This document shows positions 1-8,825 of a stretch of DNA of 64,000 nt, one piece after another. Position 1 is the first letter of the stretch. Each line of letters opens with the position of its first letter. The DNA is taken from the IMG/VR virus record IMGVR_UViG_3300025117_000031, positions 1-64,000 of that record; one strand, written 5' to 3'. Origin of the DNA: a virus. Under the pieces are notes generated by a model. It did not search any database. It was given only the letters and a program-made list of their open reading frames with translations, and had not been told where the DNA came from. The position numbers and the translations under genes are program-made.

Positions 1-363
1 ATTCTTCTTTCCGACAAGAGGGTTGATCCAACGGCCGATGACAACCATGCCATCCGATGGGCTTCGGCAAAAGGCCATGTTGAGGTCGTGAAGATTCTTC
101 TTTCCGACAAGAGGGTTGATCCAACGGCCGATAACAACTATGCCATCCTATGGGCTTCGGAAAGAGGCCATGTTGAGGTCGTGAAGATTCTTCTTTCCGA
201 CAAGAGGGTTGATCCAACGGCCGATGACAACCATGCCATCCGATGGGCTTCGGCAAAAGGCCATGTTGAGGTCGTGAAGATTCTTTACCAACACGACCCC
301 GACCACTATAACAAAGAAATGCCAGAAGTCGTCAAGAAATGGAATTTGGACAAGAAAGGATAA
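1..363 (+). CDS. Ankyrin-repeat protein, copy A (5' end outside window)
   Basis: 93-bp units start at 1, 94, 187 and 280, encoding ILLSDKRVDPTAD(D/N)NxAIxWASxxGHVEVVK. The C-cap YQHDPDHYNKEMPEVVKKW is shared with copies B and C. Confidence 0.9.
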   Translation: MLLSDKRVDPTADDNHAIRWASAKGHVEVVKILLSDKRVDPTADNNYAILWASERGHVEVVKILLSDKRVDPTADDNHAIRWASAKGHVEVVKILYQHDPDHYNKEMPEVVKKWNLDKKG

Positions 364-368
364 TTAAA

Positions 369-722
369 ATGTCTAACAGGATCTATTTCGAGTGTGGAGT
401 TGACAAGTATTTTAGTATGTCTCGGCCGCTTTATGCAATGAAGACGGAAGACAAGGATATCGGTTCTTGCATTGCGAAAGCTTTTGAAAGGGCCAATAAG
501 GGTAAGGCTTTCAAGGTTTTTTCGAAGGACGTTGGCAATTCTCGATATGAGCTTCTTTTCACCCGAGAGGCAAGAAAGAAGTTTGGTGGTGGGTATGTGG
601 TGATTGGTTCGATTCACGTTGAAGTGCTAAGAGAAGAAAAAGAAATTGTGAAACCAGTGAGGAGCCATTCTAACGGAGTTGGTCCGGTTGGGTTTATAAA
701 GCTGGGGGTTCTTCCCAAGTGA
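369..722 (+). CDS. Hypothetical protein
   Basis: ORF with AAAGGA RBS supplied by the ankyrin cassette tail; ATG at 369. Confidence 0.65.
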   Translation: MSNRIYFECGVDKYFSMSRPLYAMKTEDKDIGSCIAKAFERANKGKAFKVFSKDVGNSRYELLFTREARKKFGGGYVVIGSIHVEVLREEKEIVKPVRSHSNGVGPVGFIKLGVLPK

Positions 723-765
723 CAGAAGTGAAAGACGATACGGGAGGGTATGCTTTTTAATATTA

Positions 766-782
766 GCGCCCGTAGCTCAGTT
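766..782 (+). pseudogene. 5' fragment of a tRNA (acceptor strand and D-stem), cut by the TnpB element
   Basis: GCGCCCG-TA-GCTC-AGTT. GCGCCCG is exactly complementary to CGGGCGC at 2331-2337. Confidence 0.6.
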
Positions 783-2171
783 CCCATTTGAGACTTAAAC
801 CATGAACCCATTAGTTAACACAGTTGCTCAATTCCTGCCCATGAGGAAGTTTCGTTCTGGCCGTAGGGCCAGAACCAGAGCTTTCTTGACAGCAGGCTAT
901 CCCCGCCAGGGCGGCGGTTCTAAGATTAATGGCTGCGTTGATGTCTCGGTCGTGGACAACCCCACAAACCTCACAAACCCATTCTCGGATGGACAAAGGC
1001 AACGGTCCTTCTCGTCTTGTTCCACAGTCGGAACACAGCTTGGAAGAAGGGAACCAGCGGTCGGCAACAATGATTTCACTGCCGGCAAGCGGAGCTTTAT
1101 ACATAAGCTGACGCCTGATTTCCGACAAGGCAGCATCCGCAATCGACTTGGCAAGATGATGATTTGCCATCATCCCCTTGACGTTCAAGTCCTCGATTCC
1201 AATCCGACGAAAGTCTCGGACCAGCCGAGCGGTAAGCTTATGCGTTACGTCTTTGCGGATGTTGGAAATCCGTTCATGCAGCCGTCCAAGCTTCGTTTTA
1301 GTCTTCTGCCAATTTCTTCCTCCTATGACGCGACGAGACATTTCCTTGTTGAATCGTCGCAGTCTGGTTTCATGAGCACGCAGAATGCGTGGAGCCTCGA
1401 CCCGTTCTCCCGTAGAAAGCACGGCAAGGTCTCGGAGCCCGAGATCCACTCCAACCGCTTCTTGGGTTTCGCAGCGATGGGGATAGGACCAGGAGTCGGA
1501 GACTTGAATTTGGACCGAGACGTACCAATGACCGGCATGTTTCGTAAAGTGAGCGGACAGGATTTTACCAGGAAATCTTATCTCTTGTCGAGTGCGGACC
1601 CAACCAAGCTTGGGAATCTTAACTCTTCGGCCGTCAAAGCGAAGGGCTCGACCTTCAACGGCGAAGGACATTTTGCTTTGTTTCTTCGACTTGAAGCGGG
1701 GATAGCCGGGCTTTTGGCCAGATTTGATACGGCGAAAGAAGTTGGAGAAAGCATTGCCGAGGTTGGACAACGCCGTTGCAGCAACAGCCCACGGCAATTT
1801 TGCCATCCAAGGAAATTCGGTGTTTTTGCAGGCATTCAGCTCGGTGTTAAGACTGATCCAAGAGGGCTTTCCTTCGGCTTCGTATTGAGTTTTCCAACGG
1901 TCCAATCCCCAGTTGTAGACGAAGCGAGATGCACCAGCACAACGTTCGAAAAAGGTTGTTTGGATGTTATTTGGAACGAGTCGAATACGTTGACTGAGGA
2001 TAGTTATAGGGAGGCTTTTTTCAGAAGTTGTAGAAAGACGTTTCGACACATTATAAATATAGCACACGAAGTGAAATATGTTGACTTTTTTGTAAATTCA
2101 TTATTTTTAATAAGAGGAGAGAGCTTAAACTCATGTCGGCTGATGATTTCGTGGTTTAAATCTCGAACGGG
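783..2171 (-). mobile_element. TnpB-only element bounded by imperfect terminal inverted repeats
   Basis: Left end CCCATTTGAGACTTAAACCATGAA versus reverse complement of right end CCCGTTCGAGATTTAAACCACGAA. No tnpA inside. The same ends occur on four mini-copies. Confidence 0.85.
811..2049 (-). CDS. tnpB: TnpB RNA-guided endonuclease (IS607/IS605 OrfB type)
   Basis: N-terminal HTH (RFVYNWGL); RuvC motifs GVDLG, IEDLNV and HDRDINAA; zinc ribbon CSDCG/CEVCG. Start placed at GTG 2049 by analogy with the ATG of the mini-copies. Confidence 0.95.
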   Translation of the reverse strand: MSKRLSTTSEKSLPITILSQRIRLVPNNIQTTFFERCAGASRFVYNWGLDRWKTQYEAEGKPSWISLNTELNACKNTEFPWMAKLPWAVAATALSNLGNAFSNFFRRIKSGQKPGYPRFKSKKQSKMSFAVEGRALRFDGRRVKIPKLGWVRTRQEIRFPGKILSAHFTKHAGHWYVSVQIQVSDSWSYPHRCETQEAVGVDLGLRDLAVLSTGERVEAPRILRAHETRLRRFNKEMSRRVIGGRNWQKTKTKLGRLHERISNIRKDVTHKLTARLVRDFRRIGIEDLNVKGMMANHHLAKSIADAALSEIRRQLMYKAPLAGSEIIVADRWFPSSKLCSDCGTRREGPLPLSIREWVCEVCGVVHDRDINAAINLRTAALAGIACCQESSGSGPTARTKLPHGQELSNCVN

Positions 2172-2187
2172 ATGGTGTTCTCCTATT

Positions 2188-2263
2188 GCCCTGGTAACGG
2201 CCACGGCTTCTACCCGTGTGTACCGTAATTGGAATAATGCAGGTTCGAGCCCTGCCCAGGGCG
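2188..2263 (+). ncRNA. D-arm-less tRNA-like RNA with TCT in the anticodon-like loop
   Basis: Acceptor GCCCTGG/CCAGGGC; stem-loop CACGG-CTTCTAC-CCGTG; T-arm GCAGG-TTCGAGC-CCTGC; only 7 nt where the D arm should be. Confidence 0.6.
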
Positions 2264-2310
2264 TTATTATAAATAGTGGAGTCGAACTCGCTTTTGTATA
2301 AAAAATACAA

Positions 2311-2338
2311 GTCGGGAGTTCAAGCCTCTCCGGGCGCG
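2311..2338 (+). pseudogene. 3' fragment of a tRNA (T arm and acceptor strand)
   Basis: GTC-GGGAG-TTCAAGC-CTCTC-CGGGCGC-G; pairs with 766-772. Confidence 0.6.
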
Positions 2339-2356
2339 TAGGAAACGGAGGATAAA

Positions 2357-2553
2357 ATGTCTCTTTATGATTGGTTTGATCTCACAATTATGAGCATATA
2401 CGGGCATATGATATCGTGCAAAAGACAGGAGTGTGGCCAGAGGGTTTTCTTCCAGACTATATTGAAATTCCTGTCTTATGGTCTGTAATGTTGGCTGCCA
2501 AGATGGCGGATGCTTGGGTAGATTATATGTTACAGAAGCAGTCGGGCGCGTAG
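2357..2553 (+). pseudogene. Small gene with an apparent 1-nt frameshift, flanked by 15-bp direct repeats
   Basis: GGAGG RBS, then ATG 2357 (MSLYDWFD). It continues in another frame as HNYEHIRAYDIVQKTGVWPEGFLP...QSGA* ending at 2553. CGGGCGCGTAGGAAA occurs at 2331 and 2543. Confidence 0.5.
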
Positions 2554-2583
2554 GAAAAGAAGTGCGAGCAGAAAGAATTAAAA

Positions 2584-3594
2584 ATGGAAACAGAAAAACA
2601 AATTCTTGAGTTCACTGTTCCAGAGTCTTTGTTTCCAGGTGATCTTGCAGAAGCAAAAAAGAAATTTCACGAATTGGCTCTTTATTGGCATCCTGATAAA
2701 ACAACTGGTGATGCCAAGGTAATGTCACATATTACGGAGCTTTATAAAGAAGCAGTAAGGCTTCTAGAAACTGGGAAATGGAGAGGTTCTAGTTTTCTTG
2801 ATTTGAAAAAGAAGGGTGGTGGGAGTATTAGGTTCAAATACCTAGTTAGCAGAAGCTTCGAATTGGGGTACGTTTATATTGCGAATACCCACATTTCATA
2901 TTTAATTGATAAGAAGTTCGAACAATTTTCAAAAAGAGCAGAGAGAACTATAAAAAATCTTCATTATGCAGATGATAAAATGAAGAAAGAGATGTCGAAA
3001 ACCCTTCCAGAGTCAATAAAAGTATTTGAACTTGAAGATGATAAACTTCTTTTAACGATTCCAAAGTCAAAAAACCTTGTTCCGTTGCGAGAAGTTTTTA
3101 GCTATTACAAGGGAAAGATTGAACCAGTTCATGTAGCATGGATTGGGAGTGGATTGCACAACATAGCGTGTTATTTGGAGTGGGCTAAGATAGTTCATGG
3201 AGATATTTCTCTTGATTCCGTTTTTATTTCTCCTTCTGATCACAGCGTGTCTTTGTTGGGAAGTTGGTGGTTTGCTGTTCCAATAGATGAAAAGATTTCT
3301 ACGTTGCCAATTAGAACATACAAGTATCTGCCATGGGAGGTGAAATGTAACAAAATTGCTACACCTCTAGTAGATCTTGAGATAATTAGGGCTACTGTTC
3401 GAGAGTTGTTGGGAGATATTACAGGACGTTCTTTATCGTCAAGCCCCATGGTCGATCTGGTGCAGATTCCGGTGGACGACACGGCTCAGCGTGCTTACAA
3501 GTTGTGGCATGAGGCGTTGCAAAAAACATTTGGAAAACGCAAATTTGTCAAAATGGAGCTTCACGTCGATGAAGCTTACAAACAGGGAGAATAA
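2584..3594 (+). CDS. J-domain-like (HPD) plus protein-kinase-like fold protein
   Basis: AKKKFHELALYWHPDK N-terminal motif; VHGDISLDSVFI kinase-like catalytic loop. Confidence 0.7.
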   Translation: METEKQILEFTVPESLFPGDLAEAKKKFHELALYWHPDKTTGDAKVMSHITELYKEAVRLLETGKWRGSSFLDLKKKGGGSIRFKYLVSRSFELGYVYIANTHISYLIDKKFEQFSKRAERTIKNLHYADDKMKKEMSKTLPESIKVFELEDDKLLLTIPKSKNLVPLREVFSYYKGKIEPVHVAWIGSGLHNIACYLEWAKIVHGDISLDSVFISPSDHSVSLLGSWWFAVPIDEKISTLPIRTYKYLPWEVKCNKIATPLVDLEIIRATVRELLGDITGRSLSSSPMVDLVQIPVDDTAQRAYKLWHEALQKTFGKRKFVKMELHVDEAYKQGE

Positions 3595-3596
3595 TC

Positions 3597-4523
3597 ATGG
3601 GAAGCGGAAGATTTTCACCAACAGACTGGGCTTCTTATTCTAGCTCGCGTGGTTTGCACAAGGCTTCGACGACTGCGGCTCACATCTACAAGTCCTCTTC
3701 AATGAACGATGATTTAGATCCAAAGAAAATAAAGAATGGGCTGCGAGAATCTAGGGATTCCGCAGACAATCCCAACTCTACTCCAATTATCGTTGGACTA
3801 GACGTTACGGGTTCAATGTCTCGTATTTTGGAAATAATGGCAAAAAAGGGACTGAAAACCCTGTTCGAAGAGATTTATAATAGAAAGCCGGTGCGCGATC
3901 CTCATGTTCTTTGCGCTGCAATCGGCGATGCATACTGCGATAATTCTCCGCTTCAAGTTTCTCAATTTGAAGCAGATATTCGTATCGCAGAACAGCTTGA
4001 AAAGCTTTATCTTGAGGGCGGCGGCGGAGGAAATGATTCCGAAGGATATTCTCTCTTGCATTATTTTGCTGCGAAGCATACCTCGTGCGATGCCGTTGAA
4101 AAGAGAAACAGAAAGGGTTATTTATTTACTGTTGGCGATGACGGACCAACTCCAAAGATTCTTGTTGAGCATGCCCAATCAGTCTTCGGGGATACTATCG
4201 GCGAAGACATTTCCGGGAAACAGCTTTTGACAATGCTCACACGAAATTGGGAGGTTTTTCATTTGAATGTTGCTGAAGGTGGCTCATATGATAGTTGGGT
4301 TGTAGACCGCTGGAGAGCGTTGCTAGGAGAGCGTTCTTTGACTTTGACCGATCACACCAAGATGGCTGAAGTTATTGTTTCGGCAATTCAAGTTGTGGAA
4401 GGTTCTAAAGCAGACGACGTTGCTGATTCGTGGGATGGCAGTACGGCCATGGTTGTTCATAAAGCAATCTCTGGCCTAACAAGCTCCGCATCCTCAGACT
4501 CTCAAGGGCTGATTACTCTATAG
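3597..4523 (+). CDS. vWA-domain protein
   Basis: MIDAS-like DVTGSM, EGGGGGN and TVGDD. Confidence 0.8.
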   Translation: MGSGRFSPTDWASYSSSRGLHKASTTAAHIYKSSSMNDDLDPKKIKNGLRESRDSADNPNSTPIIVGLDVTGSMSRILEIMAKKGLKTLFEEIYNRKPVRDPHVLCAAIGDAYCDNSPLQVSQFEADIRIAEQLEKLYLEGGGGGNDSEGYSLLHYFAAKHTSCDAVEKRNRKGYLFTVGDDGPTPKILVEHAQSVFGDTIGEDISGKQLLTMLTRNWEVFHLNVAEGGSYDSWVVDRWRALLGERSLTLTDHTKMAEVIVSAIQVVEGSKADDVADSWDGSTAMVVHKAISGLTSSASSDSQGLITL

Positions 4524-4536
4524 AAAGAAGGGTGCA

Positions 4537-5676
4537 ATGCGACTGTCGGCTGTCATTGGAACTAATTATGGCGACGAAGGCAAGGGACACGTTGTTGATT
4601 GCTTGTCGGATAATAAAAGCCTTGTAATTAGATTCAACGGCGGGGCTCAAGCTGCTCATACTGTAATTAAATCTGATGGCAGCCGACACGTCTTTCATCA
4701 CTTTGGCTCAGGCACTTTTAATGGGGCTGCTACTTACTTCTCCAAGCATTTTATTGTAAATCCTGTTTTGTTTTCTCAAGAGCTTCTATCTCTGCCACCA
4801 GACCCAATTGTTTTGGCAGATCCACGATGTCTTGTAACCACACCAGTTGATATGATTTTAAACCAAACAATTGAAGCTTTAAGAGGCAAATATAAACACG
4901 GGAGTTGTGGCCTTGGTATCAACGAAACTGTTACCAGGAGCGAGGCAGGCTTTGCTATTGTTTTTAGGGATCTTTCAAACAGATCCCTTTTGAAGAAAAA
5001 GATCGAATTGATTGTTAATTTCTGGCTTCCCAGGAGGATGAGGGAGCTTAACATTATAGAAGATTTAGAGCAAGTTGACAATAAACAAATGTGGGAACAG
5101 TATTACGAAGACTGTGCCATTATGACTGCACGATGTGAATCTTTCTTATGGCCTCAATCTTCTACAAAACTACCAAATTACGAACACTTTATTTTTGAGG
5201 GGGCTCAGGGTCTTTTGTTAGATGAATACGGTAAAGACTTTCCCCACGTTACGAGGTCTAGGACGGGGTTGACAAACGTTTTGGCTATGTTAGAAGAAGC
5301 TAGAATTAAAGAGATGCTTGATATTTATTATGTTACGCGACCTTATCTTACAAGACATGGGGCGGGACCGTTAGAAAACGAATTAAAAGAAGCTCCATAT
5401 GGAATTGTTGATATTACAAACCAACCAAATATGCATCAAGACATATTAAGATATGCGTGGTTAGATATAACCAAAGTTGGAACAACTATTTCTCACGACT
5501 ATAAACAAACTACTTATCCGCTGAATGTGATTCTAGCCATTACTTGTCTTGACCAGATGCCGCAAGAGCTTCAGGCACTTTTGTATGGGAAAATGAAAAT
5601 GTTTACTCACGAAGCTTTTATACACAACCTAGAAGACGCTGTACAGGCAGACTGTGTAAGGGTTTTTAAGTATTGA
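4537..5676 (+). CDS. Adenylosuccinate synthetase-like protein (divergent copy)
   Basis: GTNYGDEGKG, RFNGGAQAAHT, FEGAQGLLLD, RPYLTRHGAGP. Confidence 0.85.
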   Translation: MRLSAVIGTNYGDEGKGHVVDCLSDNKSLVIRFNGGAQAAHTVIKSDGSRHVFHHFGSGTFNGAATYFSKHFIVNPVLFSQELLSLPPDPIVLADPRCLVTTPVDMILNQTIEALRGKYKHGSCGLGINETVTRSEAGFAIVFRDLSNRSLLKKKIELIVNFWLPRRMRELNIIEDLEQVDNKQMWEQYYEDCAIMTARCESFLWPQSSTKLPNYEHFIFEGAQGLLLDEYGKDFPHVTRSRTGLTNVLAMLEEARIKEMLDIYYVTRPYLTRHGAGPLENELKEAPYGIVDITNQPNMHQDILRYAWLDITKVGTTISHDYKQTTYPLNVILAITCLDQMPQELQALLYGKMKMFTHEAFIHNLEDAVQADCVRVFKY

Positions 5677-5726
5677 CATCTTTCGTTTTTCCCGGTAAGA
5701 TGGAGTTTTAGAAAGAAGGTTAGATA

Positions 5727-6425
5727 ATGCCAAGAAAGAATTCCGATCTCGCAATCCGCATGAAGGGATACGAAAATATCTCGAGACTTCATCTAACCCC
5801 CAGAATGCCGATGATTATTCGAATAGATGGAAAAGCTTTCCATAGCTATACAAGAGGTCTTGAGTTCCCTTGGGATATGAATCTTCATTTTGCCATGACG
5901 GAGACAGCCAAGGCATTAATTAAAAGTATTCAAGGTGCGAGCTTGGCCTATCTTCAAAGCGATGAAATCTCTGTTCTTTGCACAGATTACGAAACTTATA
6001 AAACTTGTTCTTGGTTTGATAAGAATGTGCAGAAGATAGCTTCTGTTTCGGCTTCTATTGCAACACTTGCCTTTAATAAAAACGCACCACACAAAAACAA
6101 AGACGCTCATTTTGATTCAAGGTGCTTTGTCTTGCCAAGAGAAGAAGTTGTGAATTATTTTATTTGGAGGCAACAGGACGCAACAAGGAATTCTATTGCC
6201 TCTCTTGCCCAATCAAAGTTTTCTTCAAAGGCTCTTCACGGAAAGAATACGGGAGAGATGCAAGAGATGTTGTTTTCTGGTTATGGAATTAACTGGAACG
6301 ACATTGAAACGTGGAAAAAGAGGGGCTGGTGTGTTGTGGAAAGCGGCGTATCAGATGAAGAAATCCCAATCTTTTCTCAAGAACGAGGATATATCCAAGA
6401 GCTTGTGGACGTCGAAGAAGAATAA
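5727..6425 (+). CDS. tRNA(His) guanylyltransferase Thg1-like 3'-5' polymerase
   Basis: IRIDGKAFHSYT, YLQSDEIS, FDSR, WRQQDATRNSI; TTGACA-N17-TAAGAT promoter upstream. Confidence 0.92.
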   Translation: MPRKNSDLAIRMKGYENISRLHLTPRMPMIIRIDGKAFHSYTRGLEFPWDMNLHFAMTETAKALIKSIQGASLAYLQSDEISVLCTDYETYKTCSWFDKNVQKIASVSASIATLAFNKNAPHKNKDAHFDSRCFVLPREEVVNYFIWRQQDATRNSIASLAQSKFSSKALHGKNTGEMQEMLFSGYGINWNDIETWKKRGWCVVESGVSDEEIPIFSQERGYIQELVDVEEE

Positions 6426-6443
6426 ATATATATAATTATATAT

Positions 6444-6803
6444 ATGTGTGTGTGCGCAATGAATTACTTCTTGCCAATAAGCTATTTTAATGAAGCAAAC
6501 GAAGGGTTGTATTGTGCCAAGAGACAGTTGAAAGGGTTTATTATTGGTACAGGAACGGCGAAAAAGATTTCTGATAAGTGTTACAGCGATTTTAAAGAAT
6601 GTAATCCTAACTTTGTTGGAGTATCCGAAGAGCAGGAGGAAATTGCAGATCTCTACGGTTGCCCCTATGGTCTTGCAATAGAAATGAACAAGCTCACATA
6701 CAAACTTTCCTCCGAAGGACATTATAATTATTTGGGACTAAAAGGAGAAGTAAAGAAAACATGGCCGTTTCTTTTGGACAAGGAAGAAGAAAATAAAGAT
6801 TGA
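6444..6803 (+). CDS. Hypothetical protein
   Basis: ORF track; start uncertain. Confidence 0.55.
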   Translation: MCVCAMNYFLPISYFNEANEGLYCAKRQLKGFIIGTGTAKKISDKCYSDFKECNPNFVGVSEEQEEIADLYGCPYGLAIEMNKLTYKLSSEGHYNYLGLKGEVKKTWPFLLDKEEENKD

Positions 6804-6834
6804 CAAGTCTCCTGTGCTCTGCTATTATTATCTT

Positions 6835-7045
6835 GTTCGCGACTAGGACCGATAAGCCGGGAGTAACGGCAAGAAGCGGTCCCCCCTGTCGGGAGACGCG
6901 GGAAGTCTCAGGGCAGTCTGCCTATACCAGGCTGTGTAAGTTCCTGAGCAGGCATGTGGTGTATCACATAGCACGCACGCTAGACATGAGGCATTGGGTT
7001 CCCATAGTTGCTAGCTGAAGAGCCGGGTGAAATTCCCGGCTTTTG
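6835..7045 (+). ncRNA. Putative structured non-coding RNA
   Basis: Promoter TTGACA-N17-TATTAT at 6800-6828. GC-rich nested hairpins (GGACCG/CGGTCC, GAGAC/GTCTC, ATGTG/CACAT, GCTAG/CTAGC) end in GCCGGG-TGAAATT-CCCGGC-TTTT. No credible ORF or RBS. Confidence 0.5.
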
Positions 7046-7116
7046 CCGTTTTAGGGGATTGACTTCTTTTTTTAAGTATGCTATTGTTATTTTATCTTCT
7101 TTCGGAGGAAGAAAAG

Positions 7117-7284
7117 ATGGAAAAGGTGATTGTTTATCGCAGTTCTCAGGAAGCAACACAAGATTTTTATCTTTGGGAGGAAGGTGGAATCGTTTGGGTT
7201 GGGGCAACGATGGTTTTTGTTTTCGTTGCTGTGATTGTTTGGGCAAAGATCTCAGAGTGGATGAACCGTCGAAAGCGGAAGTGA
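7117..7284 (+). CDS. Small membrane protein
   Basis: GGAGGA RBS; hydrophobic stretch. Confidence 0.55.
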   Translation: MEKVIVYRSSQEATQDFYLWEEGGIVWVGATMVFVFVAVIVWAKISEWMNRRKRK

Positions 7285-7434
7285 GGTTTAAGAAAGTGAG
7301 CACCAAGAAGAATCGGAAGATGGGGAAGATTCGCAATCAAATTGCGGTGGTTGCTCACTTTCGCAAGGCGGGTTCTTTTGTGGACAAGAAGAAGAATGAA
7401 AATAAAAACGCTTGCAGAAACTGGAGGGATTGAC

Positions 7435-7626
7435 ATGTTCGACAGCATCCTCTGGACGCAGATTATTTTTTTTGTTTCTTTCTTTGCTTCGATGTGGAGT
7501 TTTCTTTGGTTTGTTGTAAAGTTTGTTGACGCTGTGCTCTATAAAAAGCATGCCATTTTCAATGGCCTTAGTTATTTTCTTTGTCTGTCTACTGCTATTT
7601 GGTTCAGCATCCTTGTTTGGAAGTAA
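7435..7626 (+). CDS. Small membrane protein
   Basis: GGAGG RBS, MFDSILW start, two hydrophobic segments. Confidence 0.55.
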   Translation: MFDSILWTQIIFFVSFFASMWSFLWFVVKFVDAVLYKKHAIFNGLSYFLCLSTAIWFSILVWK

Positions 7627-7694
7627 TTTCTTTATTGACTTCTCCGCAAGTTTCTCATATAATGCTCGAAGAAATCGAGAACAAGGAGAAAAAG

Positions 7695-8060
7695 ATGAGC
7701 ATTCGAAACAATCCTCGTCGTTACACCATCCGAGAGACCGAGGAGACTCTCGTGGAGGTGACTTTCTTTTTCGAGGACTGCGATGGGAAGGACTATAAGA
7801 CCACGCAGGAGTGGTGGGCTCCGCCAGGTGGTGGCTACGTGCGAGAGGTGTCAGATCGTCGTCCGGGCACGCTTGGTCAGCAGCTTTACGACCAGATTTC
7901 TTCGGTTCGTGGGAGCACTTGGTATTGGCATGGACAGATTCCTCTTGTTGACGTCGCCCGTCTTCAGCTTCGGGCTCTTTTCCGCAAGCATCCGGACTAT
8001 TGTGAGCTTTTGAGTCTTGAGCACTACAACCAAGAAGATTTTCGTTGCGAGGAGAGATAA
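7695..8060 (+). CDS. Hypothetical protein
   Basis: Own TTGACT...TATAAT promoter and AAGGAG RBS. Confidence 0.7.
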   Translation: MSIRNNPRRYTIRETEETLVEVTFFFEDCDGKDYKTTQEWWAPPGGGYVREVSDRRPGTLGQQLYDQISSVRGSTWYWHGQIPLVDVARLQLRALFRKHPDYCELLSLEHYNQEDFRCEER

Positions 8061-8133
8061 TTTAATTGTTGACTCTTTGCACAAATTTCTGTTATAATCA
8101 GCTCATCAACTTCGGAAACTAAGGAGAAAGAAA

Positions 8134-8490
8134 ATGTCTCATAATCTCGATAGTCTCAAGTATCGTCTTCGCTACTTCAATTGCATCGAGAAGATTGCTG
8201 CAGCAACCAATAACGAGAAGACCGCAGCTTTCATGAAGCAGATTGCGGTTCGCCACCCCGAGATCTTCATGCGGACGGTGGAGGACATTTACGGGGCAAC
8301 GTCTTCATCGTCGCTTCTTTCCGAGAATGACCGGACTATTCTTGGCATGGCTACTAATGACCATGCTATCCAGGCCATTAAATATCGTCGCGAGAAGACG
8401 GGAGAGGGACTTCGAGAGGCGAAGGACTATGTTGTTCGTCTGTGCGAGCGCAACGGGATTGATTGCGGAATGAAGGTTTTTGTTGACTAA
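8134..8490 (+). CDS. Protein with ribosomal L7/L12 C-terminal-like domain
   Basis: IQAIKYRREKTGEGLREAKDYV motif; own promoter and RBS. Confidence 0.7.
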   Translation: MSHNLDSLKYRLRYFNCIEKIAAATNNEKTAAFMKQIAVRHPEIFMRTVEDIYGATSSSSLLSENDRTILGMATNDHAIQAIKYRREKTGEGLREAKDYVVRLCERNGIDCGMKVFVD

Positions 8491-8517
8491 AACGCTTTGC
8501 TCCAATAGGAGGATAAA

Positions 8518-8700
8518 ATGCGCTTTTTCTTGAGCAAGAACAAGGACATGGACAAGACCTACACGGCTTCTTGCAACGATAGCAATCTGCCGCAAGAGAG
8601 CTTCGAGGTGGTTACGATTGACGAGATGAAGCGGCTTGTGGAGCTTGCTTTTAATCGCGGATACGATAAGCGCATCGAGGATGAACAGCTTGCCCGATAA
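8518..8700 (+). CDS. Hypothetical protein
   Basis: GGAGG RBS, ORF. Confidence 0.6.
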   Translation: MRFFLSKNKDMDKTYTASCNDSNLPQESFEVVTIDEMKRLVELAFNRGYDKRIEDEQLAR

Positions 8701-8825
8701 TTGAGTTTAAGGGGCGGCTGTATTTTTACAGCCTACGTTTACGAACAGCGTGATTGTGGTAGTCGCCGAAGATCCCACAGCCTCTTAAGTTTTAAGTATC
8801 TTCCCAACAAAAGAAAGAAAACAAA

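Noticed and set aside
1-363. Giant eukaryotic virus origin suggested by the ankyrin type
   Set aside because: sigma70 promoters, Shine-Dalgarno sites, operons, CRISPR and bacterial-type tRNAs indicate a bacteriophage
802-2301. 499-aa + strand ORF
   Set aside because: Antisense shadow of tnpB; no motifs or RBS
4537-5676. PurZ / Z-genome pathway
   Set aside because: Both PurA homologs retain GDEGKG; no PurZ signature
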